Source: Candidatus Bathyarchaeota archaeon (GTDB taxonomy: Archaea; Thermoproteota; Bathyarchaeia; TCS64). Taken from it: a DNA stretch of 45,185 bases. Location: the NCBI GenBank assembly GCA_043826455.1, contig JBDRQD010000072.1, forward strand, positions 1 to 45,185. Direction: 5' to 3'. A program made the translations under genes and the position numbers. This document shows, piece after piece, positions 1 through 9,206 of the stretch. The notes under the pieces are model-generated. The model was not told the origin of the DNA, did not search any database, and saw only the letters and a list, made by a program, of their open reading frames with translations. The first letter of the stretch is position 1. Each line of letters opens with the position of its first letter.

Positions 1-333
1 AGGCGTCACCGGGTGGCCTAGCTTGGGCACCACCTCCACCACCTCCTTGCCGTTGCTCCTGGCCACATCGGCGAACCTTTTACCGAAGTCCCCGTTGACG
101 CAGACTATGAGCTTCTCCTTGACGCAGTTGCGGACCGCCGCCTCCATGAACCCGGTGCCCGTGGCGCTGAAAAGGAACACGGGCTGCCTGGTCTCAATGA
201 AGTCCTGGAGGAGCTCCACGGTCTCGAAGTGGAGGCTCAGGTACTCCTTGCTCCGGTGGCTCACCATCTGCATCCCCATAGCCTTGAGGACCTCGGGGTA
301 GCACGCCACCGGGCCAACAGTGAACAGCTTCAT
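1..333 (-). CDS. Class V PLP-dependent aminotransferase (serine-pyruvate/alanine-glyoxylate type), N-terminal part; runs off the window edge
   Basis: Not in the ORF track. Manual translation from ATG 333 gives MKLFTVGPVACYPEVLKAM...SHRSKEY...SATGTGFMEAAVRN...VNGDFGKRF, matching the LFTPGP, SHRS, GTxxMEA and NGxFG motifs. Confidence 0.9.
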   Translation of the reverse strand, partial: MKLFTVGPVACYPEVLKAMGMQMVSHRSKEYLSLHFETVELLQDFIETRQPVFLFSATGTGFMEAAVRNCVKEKLIVCVNGDFGKRFADVARSNGKEVVEVVPKLGHPVTP

Positions 334-455
334 ACCTATCTGGTGGAAATGGGGCGTTGAAGATAAAAACATGCCCCCGGGGCCGCCTGGAGGCCGGAGC
401 CTGGTCCCGGTTAAGCTGTGTGAAGATTCTATAATCCTTAATATCGTTTTCCCAG

Positions 456-1415
456 GTGGGTGACGTGATACTGATGCAGGCGGAGAGCCAGCTAACCAGC
501 ACACTACTAGATAGGGGTCTCCCCGGGGTCAGCAACAAGAAGATTCTGGTGGTGGACGACGAGCCGGACATAAGGAACCTGCTCCAACTGGTCTTCAGCA
601 ACGAGGGCTACACCGTGCTGCTGGCCGAGAACGGGGCGGCGGGCATCCACCTGGCCCGCACCGAGAGCCCTGACGTCATATTTCTGGACCTCCTGATGCC
701 GGGCCTCAGCGGCCTGGAGGTGTGCAAGCTACTGAAGAACAACCCCGTTACGGAGGGCATTCCCGTGGTGGTGGTCACGGCCTTCGGCCGAGACAGGGAC
801 ATTCAACTAGCCAAGGAGGCTGGGGCGGACTGGTTCGTCAAGAAGCCCTTCGAGAACAGGAAGCTAGTGGAGCTGGCGGAGAAGCTCATATACTCAGATA
901 AGGGAGCCGCCAGCCCCGTCGTGGGGTTCGGCGCAGACACCAGCCCCCAGGCTTACCTGATGGCGCTCTCCCATGCCTACCTGGACGAGTCCCTGAATAT
1001 TTTTCCGAGCGGCTTCACAGGCAAGATGCTGGAAGGGTACTTCAAGGCCCTTCTCCGCTTCTACAACCTGCCTGTCCTCGTGGAGGGCTCCGAGAGGGTG
1101 ACCCTGGAGAGCCTTAAGTCCAAGTACATTGAGGTTCTCAACGGGATGGGGTTCGCGGATAAGTTCATGCTGGTGGAGGAACCCGACATGTACATATTCC
1201 AAGTGATAGGGTGCAAGCACGCCGGCGCCTACCACCACACCGTCAAGAGCGCCAGCTTCGTATGCCCCCATGCTTTGTTCGTGGGCGCCCTCATCCACAC
1301 TTACGTGAACCCCAACGTCCAGATGTCCAAGACGGCGCTTAGGAAGGGGGGCTCCATAACCGCGTACAGGAAGATGGACCCAAGGACCAAGAAGTACGTT
1401 AACAAGTCCGGTTGA
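456..1415 (+). CDS. Response regulator: receiver domain plus C-terminal V4R/MetOD1-like output domain
   Basis: Receiver motifs KILVVDDE, DVIFLDLLMPG (phosphoacceptor Asp), VTA and KKPF. The C-terminal domain has VIGCKHA...FVCPHA Cys motifs. Confidence 0.85.
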   Translation: MGDVILMQAESQLTSTLLDRGLPGVSNKKILVVDDEPDIRNLLQLVFSNEGYTVLLAENGAAGIHLARTESPDVIFLDLLMPGLSGLEVCKLLKNNPVTEGIPVVVVTAFGRDRDIQLAKEAGADWFVKKPFENRKLVELAEKLIYSDKGAASPVVGFGADTSPQAYLMALSHAYLDESLNIFPSGFTGKMLEGYFKALLRFYNLPVLVEGSERVTLESLKSKYIEVLNGMGFADKFMLVEEPDMYIFQVIGCKHAGAYHHTVKSASFVCPHALFVGALIHTYVNPNVQMSKTALRKGGSITAYRKMDPRTKKYVNKSG

Positions 1416-1451
1416 GCTCGGCCCCATACAAAAATATATGGGCTCAGCCCT

Positions 1452-1691
1452 ATGCTCCTTGGGATGGACGCCAGAAGAGTCGAGGGAGACGAGGCCACCA
1501 GAACCATCATAGACATCCTGCGGGCTGCGGGCCGGCCCCTCAGCACCCGGGAGGTCCAGGCCGAGACCCAGAAGCTCCTCGTCAGGTGCCCCGACTCCAC
1601 CATAGTGTTCCTCAACCGGCTCCGGCTCAGCGGAGACATCAAGGGTGAGCGCAGCAGGGAGGCCCGGGGCTGGGTCTGGTGGGTGGACTAG
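1452..1691 (+). CDS. Small winged-helix DNA-binding protein
   Basis: IIDILRAAGRPLSTREV...FLNRLRLSGDIKG...GWVWW fits a wHTH pattern. The start may be ATG 1464. Confidence 0.7.
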   Translation: MLLGMDARRVEGDEATRTIIDILRAAGRPLSTREVQAETQKLLVRCPDSTIVFLNRLRLSGDIKGERSREARGWVWWVD

Positions 1692-1972
1692 ATCCAGCTG
1701 AAGGTGCGTTCACACTTCTCCAGTATCCGGACGAACTCGTCGTAGCCTATGGCCCGCACCTCGTCCAGAGGTGAGTCGAACTCGGTCTCCATGGTGATGA
1801 GGTCGGCGTAGCTGAGCCTCCTGATGAGCTCCAGGTCCGAGGTGTGGTGGGTGCCCCTGCCGGTGAACAGGATGGTGATCTTGCTGCCATCCCTGTGCAT
1901 CTCCTCTGCCAGCCTGAACGCCGTCTCCGCGTGGGCCCTGCTCACCACCAACAGTGTCCTCATCATGTTCAC
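1688..1972 (-). CDS. DsrH/TusB-like sulfur-relay subunit
   Basis: 94 aa with ILFTGRG and IGYDEFVRILEKCERTFSW (TusB-like C-terminus). Third gene of an E-F-H triad. Confidence 0.7.
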   Translation of the reverse strand: MNMMRTLLVVSRAHAETAFRLAEEMHRDGSKITILFTGRGTHHTSDLELIRRLSYADLITMETEFDSPLDEVRAIGYDEFVRILEKCERTFSWI

Positions 1973-2317
1973 CTAGAAGCTGGTTAATACGGTGCACCTC
2001 TTAGCCATCTCCGCCAGCTCGTGGAAGTCGATGACGGTGACGTTGATGTCTGGCTCCAGGTCGGAGACGCTGATGCCCCGCTCCTCCAGGCTCTCCCTGA
2101 GGGCGTAGACGCCGGCCAGGTCCGACATGGCCTTCAGGTAGTCCTTGAGGCTGCCCTTGTAGAGGGCCTCATGGCGGAGTATCTCGACGCCGTGGTCCAC
2201 GAACACCAGATTGGGCGGGTAGTCCATCCCCAGCATGGCTGCCGAGAGCCTGAGGCCCTCCTCCACCCTGGCCCCCGGTATGAGCTGCTTCCGCATTATG
2301 AGCATTGTCTCCCCCAA
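1973..2317 (-). CDS. DsrF/TusC-like protein
   Basis: EGLRLSAAM, LVFVDHGV, VYALRESLEERGI and C-terminal VLTSF. A GGTGA Shine-Dalgarno precedes the TTG start. Confidence 0.75.
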   Translation of the reverse strand: MGETMLIMRKQLIPGARVEEGLRLSAAMLGMDYPPNLVFVDHGVEILRHEALYKGSLKDYLKAMSDLAGVYALRESLEERGISVSDLEPDINVTVIDFHELAEMAKRCTVLTSF

Positions 2318-2321
2318 GGCT

Positions 2322-2618
2322 TCACCCCATGAACAGCGTCCTGTCGCAGGTCTCCATGAGGGTCACTATCTCGCCCAGGCTGGTCATCCTGGCCCCCCTT
2401 ACCAGGTCCTGCTGCTTGATGCCGCTGTACTCGCAGGCGGTGACGCAGGCCAGCATCTCGGCCTTCACGTCCCTGAGGACGCCGTGCTCCAGGAGCAGCT
2501 TCACGGACTCCTCGTTGAAGAACACTGTGACCCTGTGCCGTCTCTTCCTGGCCGCCTTCGCTACCCCCTTCATGTGCCTGAGCATCCGCGGGTTGGAGAT
2601 TATGAGCAGGAAGTGCAA
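2322..2618 (-). CDS. DsrE/TusD-like sulfur carrier
   Basis: VTVFFNEESV, LACVTAC (conserved DsrE Cys) and TSLGEIVTLMETCDRTL. TTG 2618 preferred over the ORF-track start at 2675. Confidence 0.75.
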   Translation of the reverse strand: MHFLLIISNPRMLRHMKGVAKAARKRRHRVTVFFNEESVKLLLEHGVLRDVKAEMLACVTACEYSGIKQQDLVRGARMTSLGEIVTLMETCDRTLFMG

Positions 2619-2750
2619 CTTATCGCCGCCCTTGAATGACGGCTTCCACGGCTTAACGGTTTCCCTGTTCAACAAACTAGAACAATGGCCCCGGGGTGTT
2701 CAAATGCCTAGGATTATAATGGATTAGCATCACGGTATGATCAGTGAAAT

Positions 2751-4688
2751 GTGATGCTTCCAACCATGCATGTGTCCCTTGACACCAAGAAGCTGGTCAG
2801 CTTCGCCCTGGTGGCCTTCATGTTCGGCGGCCTCCTGGGCACCGCCCTCTGGAACTATGGCGGAGTCTATGTTCAGCCCCTCAGCCAGGGCCTGGGCTTC
2901 GGCAACATGCAGCGTTTCTCGGACCTAGACGAGTTGAAGAGCTTCCTGGAGACCCGGCAGGGTAATGCCTACATAAGAGGCTACGGGTTCTTCGGCGAGT
3001 TCGCGATAACAGCCTCACAGGCCGCTTCAAATGCTGCCACGGCGGCCACTGAGGCGAAGAACGCCGCCAACCCCCTGTCCTTCTTCGACTTTCTAGGAGC
3101 TGGCAGCGGACGCGACTACTCGGGCACCAACGTCCAGGTGGTGGGCGTCGACGAGGCAGACGTAGTGAAGACCGACGGCGACTACGTCTACATAGTCAAA
3201 GACGACACCGTCATCATAGTCAAGGCGTACCCCGCGGAGGAGGCCCGCGTCGTCCACAGGATCAAGGTGGGGCAGCAGGTCAGTCAGATATACGTCTCGG
3301 GGGACAAGCTTGTAGTCTTCAGCTACCTGCCCCAGGAGACCTTCTACCAGGACATAGTGAAGGGGGTGCAGCCCGAGAAGGACAAGACCCGGGTCACCGT
3401 CTACCACATAGGCGACAGGACGAGCCCCGTGGAGGAGCGCAACATAGTTATCGACGGCTACTACTACAACAGCCGCCTCATCGGCGAGTACCTCTACTTC
3501 ATAATAACCAACAACGCCTGGCTGGACGACGACGTCGTGGTCCTGCCGGTCATCAGGGACGGCAAGGAGTGGTGCAGCATCCAGGCCGAGGACATCTGGT
3601 ACCCCAACGCCACCAGGGGCTGGATGAACTACTACACCATAACCTCGGTGAACATCCAGGACCCTGAGGCCCAGATGAGCGCCGAGACCTTCCTCCTGGA
3701 CGGTGGTAACACCCTATACGTGAGCCTGGACAACATGTACATCGTGGGCCACAGCTGGTACAGCGTGGACTCGGAGATAACCAAGATAGGCATAAGCGGC
3801 GGCAGCATAACCTTCAGGGGCAACGGCACCGTCCCAGGCTACGTCCTAAACCAGTTCAGCATGGACGAGCACGAAGGCTACTTCAGGGTGGCCACCACCA
3901 GCCGCCAATGGAGGAGCGGCGCCCAGGGCAACAACGTCTACGTGCTAGACGAGAACATGGAGACCGTGGGTCGCCTTGAGAACCTGGCCCCCGGCGAGGA
4001 GATATACAGCGCCAGGTTCATGGGGGACCGCTGCTACCTGGTCACATTCAAGAAGGTGGACCCCCTCTTCACCATAGACCTCAGCGACCCAGAGAACCCG
4101 CGGGTGCTGGGCAAGCTCAAGATACCCGGCTACAGCGACTACCTCCACCCCTACGACGAGAACACCCTCATAGGCGTAGGCAAGGAGACCGAGGAGGCCA
4201 AGGAGGGCGACTTCGCCTGGTACCAGGGGGTCAAGATAAGCCTCTTCGACGTCAGCGACGTGGAGAACCCCCGTGAGCTGGCCAAGATAGAGATCGGCGA
4301 CAGGGGCACCGACAGCCCCGCACTGTACGACCACCACGCCTTCCTCTTCAGCAAGGCACGGAACCTGCTGGTCATCCCCGTCCTGGAGGCCCAGATAGAC
4401 GAGGACGGCTTCAGCGGCCCCGTGCCCGGCAACTTCTACGGCGAGTACGTGTACCAGGGCGCATACGTGTTCCACATAAGCCGGGACGGCATAACGCTCC
4501 AGGGCAGAGTCACCCACATCAGCGACGACAGCCTCCTACGGAGCGGCTTCTGGTTCGACTCCGAGTACAGCGTCGAGCGAAGCCTCTACATAGAGGAGAA
4601 CCTGTACACCATAAGCAAGAGCATGTTGAAGGTCAACGACTTGGAGACGCTGGGCGAGGTAGCCTCGGTGGAGCTGGGTGAGGGCTAG
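2751..4688 (+). CDS. Membrane-anchored or secreted beta-propeller domain protein (Beta_propel family)
   Basis: N-terminal hydrophobic segment. Family motifs YSGTNVQVVGVDEADVVKTDG, LNQFSMDEHEGYFRVATT, GEEIYSARFMG, VDPLFTIDLSDP and GKLKIPGYSDYLHP. Confidence 0.9.
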   Translation: MMLPTMHVSLDTKKLVSFALVAFMFGGLLGTALWNYGGVYVQPLSQGLGFGNMQRFSDLDELKSFLETRQGNAYIRGYGFFGEFAITASQAASNAATAATEAKNAANPLSFFDFLGAGSGRDYSGTNVQVVGVDEADVVKTDGDYVYIVKDDTVIIVKAYPAEEARVVHRIKVGQQVSQIYVSGDKLVVFSYLPQETFYQDIVKGVQPEKDKTRVTVYHIGDRTSPVEERNIVIDGYYYNSRLIGEYLYFIITNNAWLDDDVVVLPVIRDGKEWCSIQAEDIWYPNATRGWMNYYTITSVNIQDPEAQMSAETFLLDGGNTLYVSLDNMYIVGHSWYSVDSEITKIGISGGSITFRGNGTVPGYVLNQFSMDEHEGYFRVATTSRQWRSGAQGNNVYVLDENMETVGRLENLAPGEEIYSARFMGDRCYLVTFKKVDPLFTIDLSDPENPRVLGKLKIPGYSDYLHPYDENTLIGVGKETEEAKEGDFAWYQGVKISLFDVSDVENPRELAKIEIGDRGTDSPALYDHHAFLFSKARNLLVIPVLEAQIDEDGFSGPVPGNFYGEYVYQGAYVFHISRDGITLQGRVTHISDDSLLRSGFWFDSEYSVERSLYIEENLYTISKSMLKVNDLETLGEVASVELGEG

Positions 4689-5131
4689 TGGCGCAGAGCA
4701 AACGCATCTACGGTAAGACCCTGGACGTTTACCTCTGCATCCTCACCAGCGCTGGCGGCGTAGGCGTTAGGGACATATGGAGGCAGCTGGGGTTCAGCAG
4801 CCCCAGCCTGGCCCAGTACCACGTCAACAAGCTCCTGGACCTCCGGCTCATAGAGGCGGACTTCGACGGCAAGTACATAGTCAACGACCAGGAGAGCATA
4901 GAGGCGCTGCGCAGCTTCCTCCTGCTCCGCGGCATGCTGATACCGCGGCTCACCATATACTCGGCCCTACTCCTGGGACTCATGGTGAGCTACGTGAGCT
5001 TCTGGCCCTGGCGCGGCGACTTCAGGGACCTGGCCACCCTGTTCATAGGCCTCTTCAGCGCGGGCGCCTTCCTCTTCGAGGCAGTGAAGCAGTACCGTGG
5101 CCTCTCCTTCATGAAGAAGGAGGAGCTCTAG
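4688..5131 (+). CDS. Winged-HTH transcription regulator with two C-terminal TM helices
   Basis: GKTLDVY...GVRDIWRQLGFSSPSLAQYHVNKL HTH followed by two hydrophobic segments. Its start overlaps the upstream stop. Confidence 0.8.
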   Translation: MAQSKRIYGKTLDVYLCILTSAGGVGVRDIWRQLGFSSPSLAQYHVNKLLDLRLIEADFDGKYIVNDQESIEALRSFLLLRGMLIPRLTIYSALLLGLMVSYVSFWPWRGDFRDLATLFIGLFSAGAFLFEAVKQYRGLSFMKKEEL

Positions 5132-5158
5132 CCAGACTCCTGGCGCCGGACGGATATG

Positions 5159-6598
5159 TCAGACGAGGCTACGCAGCTGAGCCAGTATTCCGCGGCCCGC
5201 CATGTACCAGTATATCCTTCTCTTCAGCTCGTTGCTGGACAGTATGCCCTTGACCCTTCGGCCCCAAGACCCGTAGAAGCTGCTGTAGCACTCGTAAAGC
5301 TCCTCCTGGAGCTCCTTCCTCGTCAAAGCCTCGGTGCCCATGACGGCGTGGGCCATGTCGTAGTTGAACAGGTTGTCGTCCTCGATCCAGCCCCTCTCCT
5401 TTGCCTCGTCGTAGACCTCTGTGCCTGGGAACGGTGTCAGCACGGTGTATATGACGAAGTCCGGGTCAAGCTCAGAGACGAAGCCCCTCAGGCGAGCTAT
5501 GGACTCGTGGGTGTCCTCCCTGTCGCCTATGATGAGCATGGCGTGGGTGAAGATATCGTTCGCCTTGAGCAGCCGCACCGCCTCCAGCGCCTGGTTGGGC
5601 TCGATGCCCTTCCTGTACCGCTCAAGGGTGTCTGGTCGGGGGCTCTCCACACCCATCATCACCCACTGGAGCCCCGACCTCCTCATCGTGGGCAGCGAGT
5701 CCCTGACGGCGACGACGTCGTCGCACCTCATCTGGATGAACCACATGAGGTCGTCCCCCACGTCCCGCTTAAGAAGCTCCTCGGCGAGCTCCGCGCCCCT
5801 GCCTCCGGCACCGAAGTTGTCGTCCGTGAGCCAGATGAACCTGGAACCGAACTCATTGTAGATGTACTCCATCTCGTCGGCGATCCTCGCCGGCGTCTTC
5901 ACCCTCCACCTGCCGCACCAGTGCCTCCACTGGGTGCAGAATGTGCACCTGTGTGGGCAGCCCCTACCCCCCTCGACGAGGGCGTAGGGGGCGTCCTTGC
6001 CGGCCATGGCCGCGAAGTGGTACCTGTGGACGGTGTCCCGGACGAGGTGGTAACCGGGGAAAGGCAAGGTGTTCAGGTCCTCTATGAGGGGCCTGTCGGG
6101 GTTCACGTGTATTGCGCCGCCGTCCCGGTAGGTGAGCCCCGCAACGTTGGAGAGGGGCGAGCCATCCATCCTGGCCTTAACCAGCTCTGTGAATGTGACC
6201 TCGCCCTCACCCCTCACGATTGCATCTATCTCAGGGTACGTCACCAGCGACTCCTCGGCCAAGGACGAGAAGTGGATTCCCCCGGTGACTGTGAAGACGC
6301 CGGGGTCTGCCTTCTTGGCCAGCTGAAGCGTCCTGGCGGTGAGGTACGTGTTGCAGGTGGAGAGGCTGCTGGATGCTACGATGTCGGGGTTTGAAGTCTC
6401 GATGCGCCTGCTCAGCTCCTCCCAGGCAACCTGTTTGGCGTTGCAGTCGAGGACCTCTACCTCCACGCCCGGGAGCTCACGCTCCAAGTAGGCACCCAAC
6501 TGGATGATCCCGTAGGGGGGCGGCAGGTACTCGCCCATGATGAACCAGATGTCCTTGGGGGGCTCGACGAGTAGAACCTTCATCGTTCCAGGGATCAT
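5159..6598 (-). CDS. Cobalamin-binding radical SAM protein (class B)
   Basis: N-terminal B12-binding domain (PPYGIIQLGAYL, GGIH, VRGEGE), GRGCPHRCTFC CxxxCxxC motif, MGVES and TPFPGT. Confidence 0.92.
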   Translation of the reverse strand: MIPGTMKVLLVEPPKDIWFIMGEYLPPPYGIIQLGAYLERELPGVEVEVLDCNAKQVAWEELSRRIETSNPDIVASSSLSTCNTYLTARTLQLAKKADPGVFTVTGGIHFSSLAEESLVTYPEIDAIVRGEGEVTFTELVKARMDGSPLSNVAGLTYRDGGAIHVNPDRPLIEDLNTLPFPGYHLVRDTVHRYHFAAMAGKDAPYALVEGGRGCPHRCTFCTQWRHWCGRWRVKTPARIADEMEYIYNEFGSRFIWLTDDNFGAGGRGAELAEELLKRDVGDDLMWFIQMRCDDVVAVRDSLPTMRRSGLQWVMMGVESPRPDTLERYRKGIEPNQALEAVRLLKANDIFTHAMLIIGDREDTHESIARLRGFVSELDPDFVIYTVLTPFPGTEVYDEAKERGWIEDDNLFNYDMAHAVMGTEALTRKELQEELYECYSSFYGSWGRRVKGILSSNELKRRIYWYMAGRGILAQLRSLV

Positions 6599-6684
6599 GG
6601 GGCCTCGTCCATTTAAATACTAAAGGTCCGCTGGAAAGGGGCGGAATTACGATGAGGGATCGAGTTCCTGAGGGGAGACACGCA

Positions 6685-6862
6685 CAGACTCTAACCATGA
6701 CCTAACATGGGTATATGACGCCATATATCCGCAGATTTTCGATTACAAGGCTATATACAGCACATAAGACCAGTGCTGGAGGAGAACCGGACCCAAACCA
6801 TTCTAGAGGTAGCCTGCGGCATCGGCCGGGACCAGCTGATGATACAGGCAAAAAAAGGTTAG
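6685..6862 (+). pseudogene. Frameshifted N-terminal remnant of a class I SAM-dependent methyltransferase
   Basis: One frame reads HDLTWVYDAIYPQIFDYKAIYS (stop 6765-6767). A shifted frame continues IRPVLEENRTQTILEVACGIGR (motif I, 6800-6829) to a stop at 6860-6862. Confidence 0.7.
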
Positions 6863-8070
6863 TGGGAGTCGAAGTACTCCCGGGCCTCCCTGAGAATCTC
6901 CGGCTTGGCTAGTAGCTCCACCAGCGTCATGCCCAGGGCCTTGGTGCCCAGCACCATGGCGTCCAGACCCTCCTTGGTCATGGAGGCGTCGGCCAGCTGC
7001 CTGCTGTGGCCGGGGGTCCCCTCGGGGGCTATCTTGATGTTGCTCCCCGCCACCGGCGTCTTCTGGGAGACGTCCCCGTAGTCCGTGGAGGCCATGGGTA
7101 TAGACCTAGTAGACTCCTGCCAGTCTTTCACAGGGGCGCCCAGGTCCACGTAGTTCTGCCACAGCGTCTTGATCATGGGTGTGTTCAGCTTCTTGCTGCT
7201 GTACAGCTTACGCTTGGTGATCTCCACTTCCACCCCCATGGCGTGGGCTGCACCCTCAGCGCAGCGGGCAACCTTGTCCACCATCTCCACCAGGTACTTC
7301 TCGTCGCTGCTCCTCACCCCGAACTGGCACACAGCCCTATCCGGGATGATGTTGCTGGCCAGGCCGCCCTCAGGTATGATGCCGTGGATCACCAGGTTGG
7401 CGTCTCTGCGAGCTTCCTGCCTCAACATATGGGTGGCCATGTAGCAGAGGGTGGCAGCGTTCAATGCGTTCCTACCCCTCTCGGGGCTGGCCGCCGCGTG
7501 GCTGGTCTGCCCCTTGAACACCATCTCCACCTGATGGATGCCCAGAGCCTGACCGCCCACGCCCCAGGCGCTCCCCGGGTGAAGCATCACCACCCCGTCC
7601 ACGTCGTCGAAGAACCCGTGGTCCGCCATAATCACCTTAGCCCCGGCGCTGGGCCCGTGGCCCTCCTCGGCCGGCGTACCCACCACCAGCACCTCACCGG
7701 CCAGCTCCCGCATCACCCTGCTCACCGCGATACCGGCCCCGATGGCCGAGGCGGCTATCAGGTTGTGGCCGCAGCCGTGGCCCACGCCCGGCAACGCGTC
7801 GTACTCGGCCAGGACTGCAACCCTCGGCCCCTTCTTCTTACCCTTGTAGGTGGCCACGAAGGCCGTGGGCATCCCGTAGACACCCGTCTCCACCTTGAAG
7901 CCGTGGTCCTCCAGGACCCCCGCCAGCTTCGCGAAGGCCTTGTACTCCTCGCTCCCCAGCTCAGGGTTCTCATACAAGTACCTGGCCACGTCCACTAGCA
8001 GCGGCCTCTTCTCGTCCACCGTCCTCTTGACGGCCTCTTTAAGCTTCTTGAGTTCAGACAACGCTATCAC
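6859..8070 (-). CDS. M20 family amidohydrolase (AbgB/ACY1L2-like)
   Basis: YENPELGSEE, AEYDALP, GHGCGHN, GTPAEEG, MLHP and STDYGDVS. Confidence 0.92.
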   Translation of the reverse strand: MIALSELKKLKEAVKRTVDEKRPLLVDVARYLYENPELGSEEYKAFAKLAGVLEDHGFKVETGVYGMPTAFVATYKGKKKGPRVAVLAEYDALPGVGHGCGHNLIAASAIGAGIAVSRVMRELAGEVLVVGTPAEEGHGPSAGAKVIMADHGFFDDVDGVVMLHPGSAWGVGGQALGIHQVEMVFKGQTSHAAASPERGRNALNAATLCYMATHMLRQEARRDANLVIHGIIPEGGLASNIIPDRAVCQFGVRSSDEKYLVEMVDKVARCAEGAAHAMGVEVEITKRKLYSSKKLNTPMIKTLWQNYVDLGAPVKDWQESTRSIPMASTDYGDVSQKTPVAGSNIKIAPEGTPGHSRQLADASMTKEGLDAMVLGTKALGMTLVELLAKPEILREAREYFDSH

Positions 8071-8196
8071 ATACGGTTTGACGCATCACCACTATATCAT
8101 TATCCGTCTCCAACCCACTTTCACCTGCCTCCCCCCAGTGTATTCGTGTGCGTTCACGTTAAATGCCGTGGACCACGTGGAGAACCTTGAGAGTGT

Positions 8197-9201
8197 ATGG
8201 GAGAAGTAGTTGAGGCCGGAAGCCTGGAAGGAATCGCCAGCACCACCCTGAAGAAGCTGCACAAGGCCGGGTTAGTCACCCTCGAATCCATCGCAGTTAC
8301 TCCCCCCCGCGAGATCGTGGAGCTAACCGGCATGGGCGTAGACACCGCCATAAAGGTGAACGCCCTGGCGCGCCTCAAGGTGGACCCCGGGTTCGTCTCA
8401 GCCCAGGAGATGCTGGAGATGCGCAGCCACATGAAGCGCTGCAGGACCGGCTCCAACGAGCTCAACCGCATACTGGGCGGCGGCGTCGAGACCGGCGTCA
8501 TCACCGAGCTCATCGGAGAGTTCGGCTCAGGCAAGACCCAGATATGCTACACTCTTTCCGTTTTGGCACAGCGACCCGTGGAGGAGGGCGGCCTCGGAGG
8601 ACGCGTATGCGTCATAGACACCGAGGGCACCTTCCTCCCCGAACGGATAGTCCAGGTAGCCGAGGCCAGAGGATACGACTCCAAGGAGATCCTAAACAAC
8701 GTCCTCATAGCCCGCGCCTACAACAGCGAGCACCAGATAATACTCATCAAGAACCTCCCCCAGGTCTGCCAAGAGCACGACGTCAAACTCGTCATAGTGG
8801 ACAGCATGATAGGCCACTTCAGAGGCGAGTACATAGGCAGAGGAACCCTGGCCGAGCGCCAGCAGAAGCTGGCCGGGGCCCTAGGCAACCTGATGAGGAT
8901 CGCTGAGGCCTTCAACCTGGCCGTCGTACTAACAAACCAGGTCCAGGCCAAGCCCGACACCGCCTACGGCGACCCCAACAAGCCCGCCGGCGGCCACGTC
9001 ATGGCCCACGCCTGCACCCACAGAATGTACCTCAGGAAGGGACGCGCAAACACCCGGCTGGCCCAGGTCATAGACAGCCCCTACCTCCCCGAGGAGAAGG
9101 TCCGGATCGCCATAACGCTGGCGGGAATCACCGACGAGGACGGCAGCTTCCCCAACTGGGACGACGAGGACGAGGCCAAGCCCAGGGAAGACGACGAGTA
9201 A
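8197..9201 (+). CDS. radA: DNA repair and recombination protein RadA
   Basis: N-terminal HhH domain, FxxA motif (GFVSA), Walker A GEFGSGKTQ, IDTEGTF, Walker B LVIVDS, GRGTLAERQQKL and TNQV. Confidence 0.93.
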   Translation: MGEVVEAGSLEGIASTTLKKLHKAGLVTLESIAVTPPREIVELTGMGVDTAIKVNALARLKVDPGFVSAQEMLEMRSHMKRCRTGSNELNRILGGGVETGVITELIGEFGSGKTQICYTLSVLAQRPVEEGGLGGRVCVIDTEGTFLPERIVQVAEARGYDSKEILNNVLIARAYNSEHQIILIKNLPQVCQEHDVKLVIVDSMIGHFRGEYIGRGTLAERQQKLAGALGNLMRIAEAFNLAVVLTNQVQAKPDTAYGDPNKPAGGHVMAHACTHRMYLRKGRANTRLAQVIDSPYLPEEKVRIAITLAGITDEDGSFPNWDDEDEAKPREDDE

Positions 9202-9206
9202 CCCCC

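Noticed and set aside
1..333. Idea that the class V PLP enzyme is the cysteine desulfurase feeding the DsrEFH-like triad
   Set aside because: Its N-terminus is of the serine-pyruvate aminotransferase type (LFTxGP, SHRS), not NifS/SufS (YLDNAAT). The rest lies outside the window.
194..601. 135-aa minus-strand ORF, and the 23-301 plus-strand ORF
   Set aside because: The real gene here is the aminotransferase in another minus frame (333 to the window edge).
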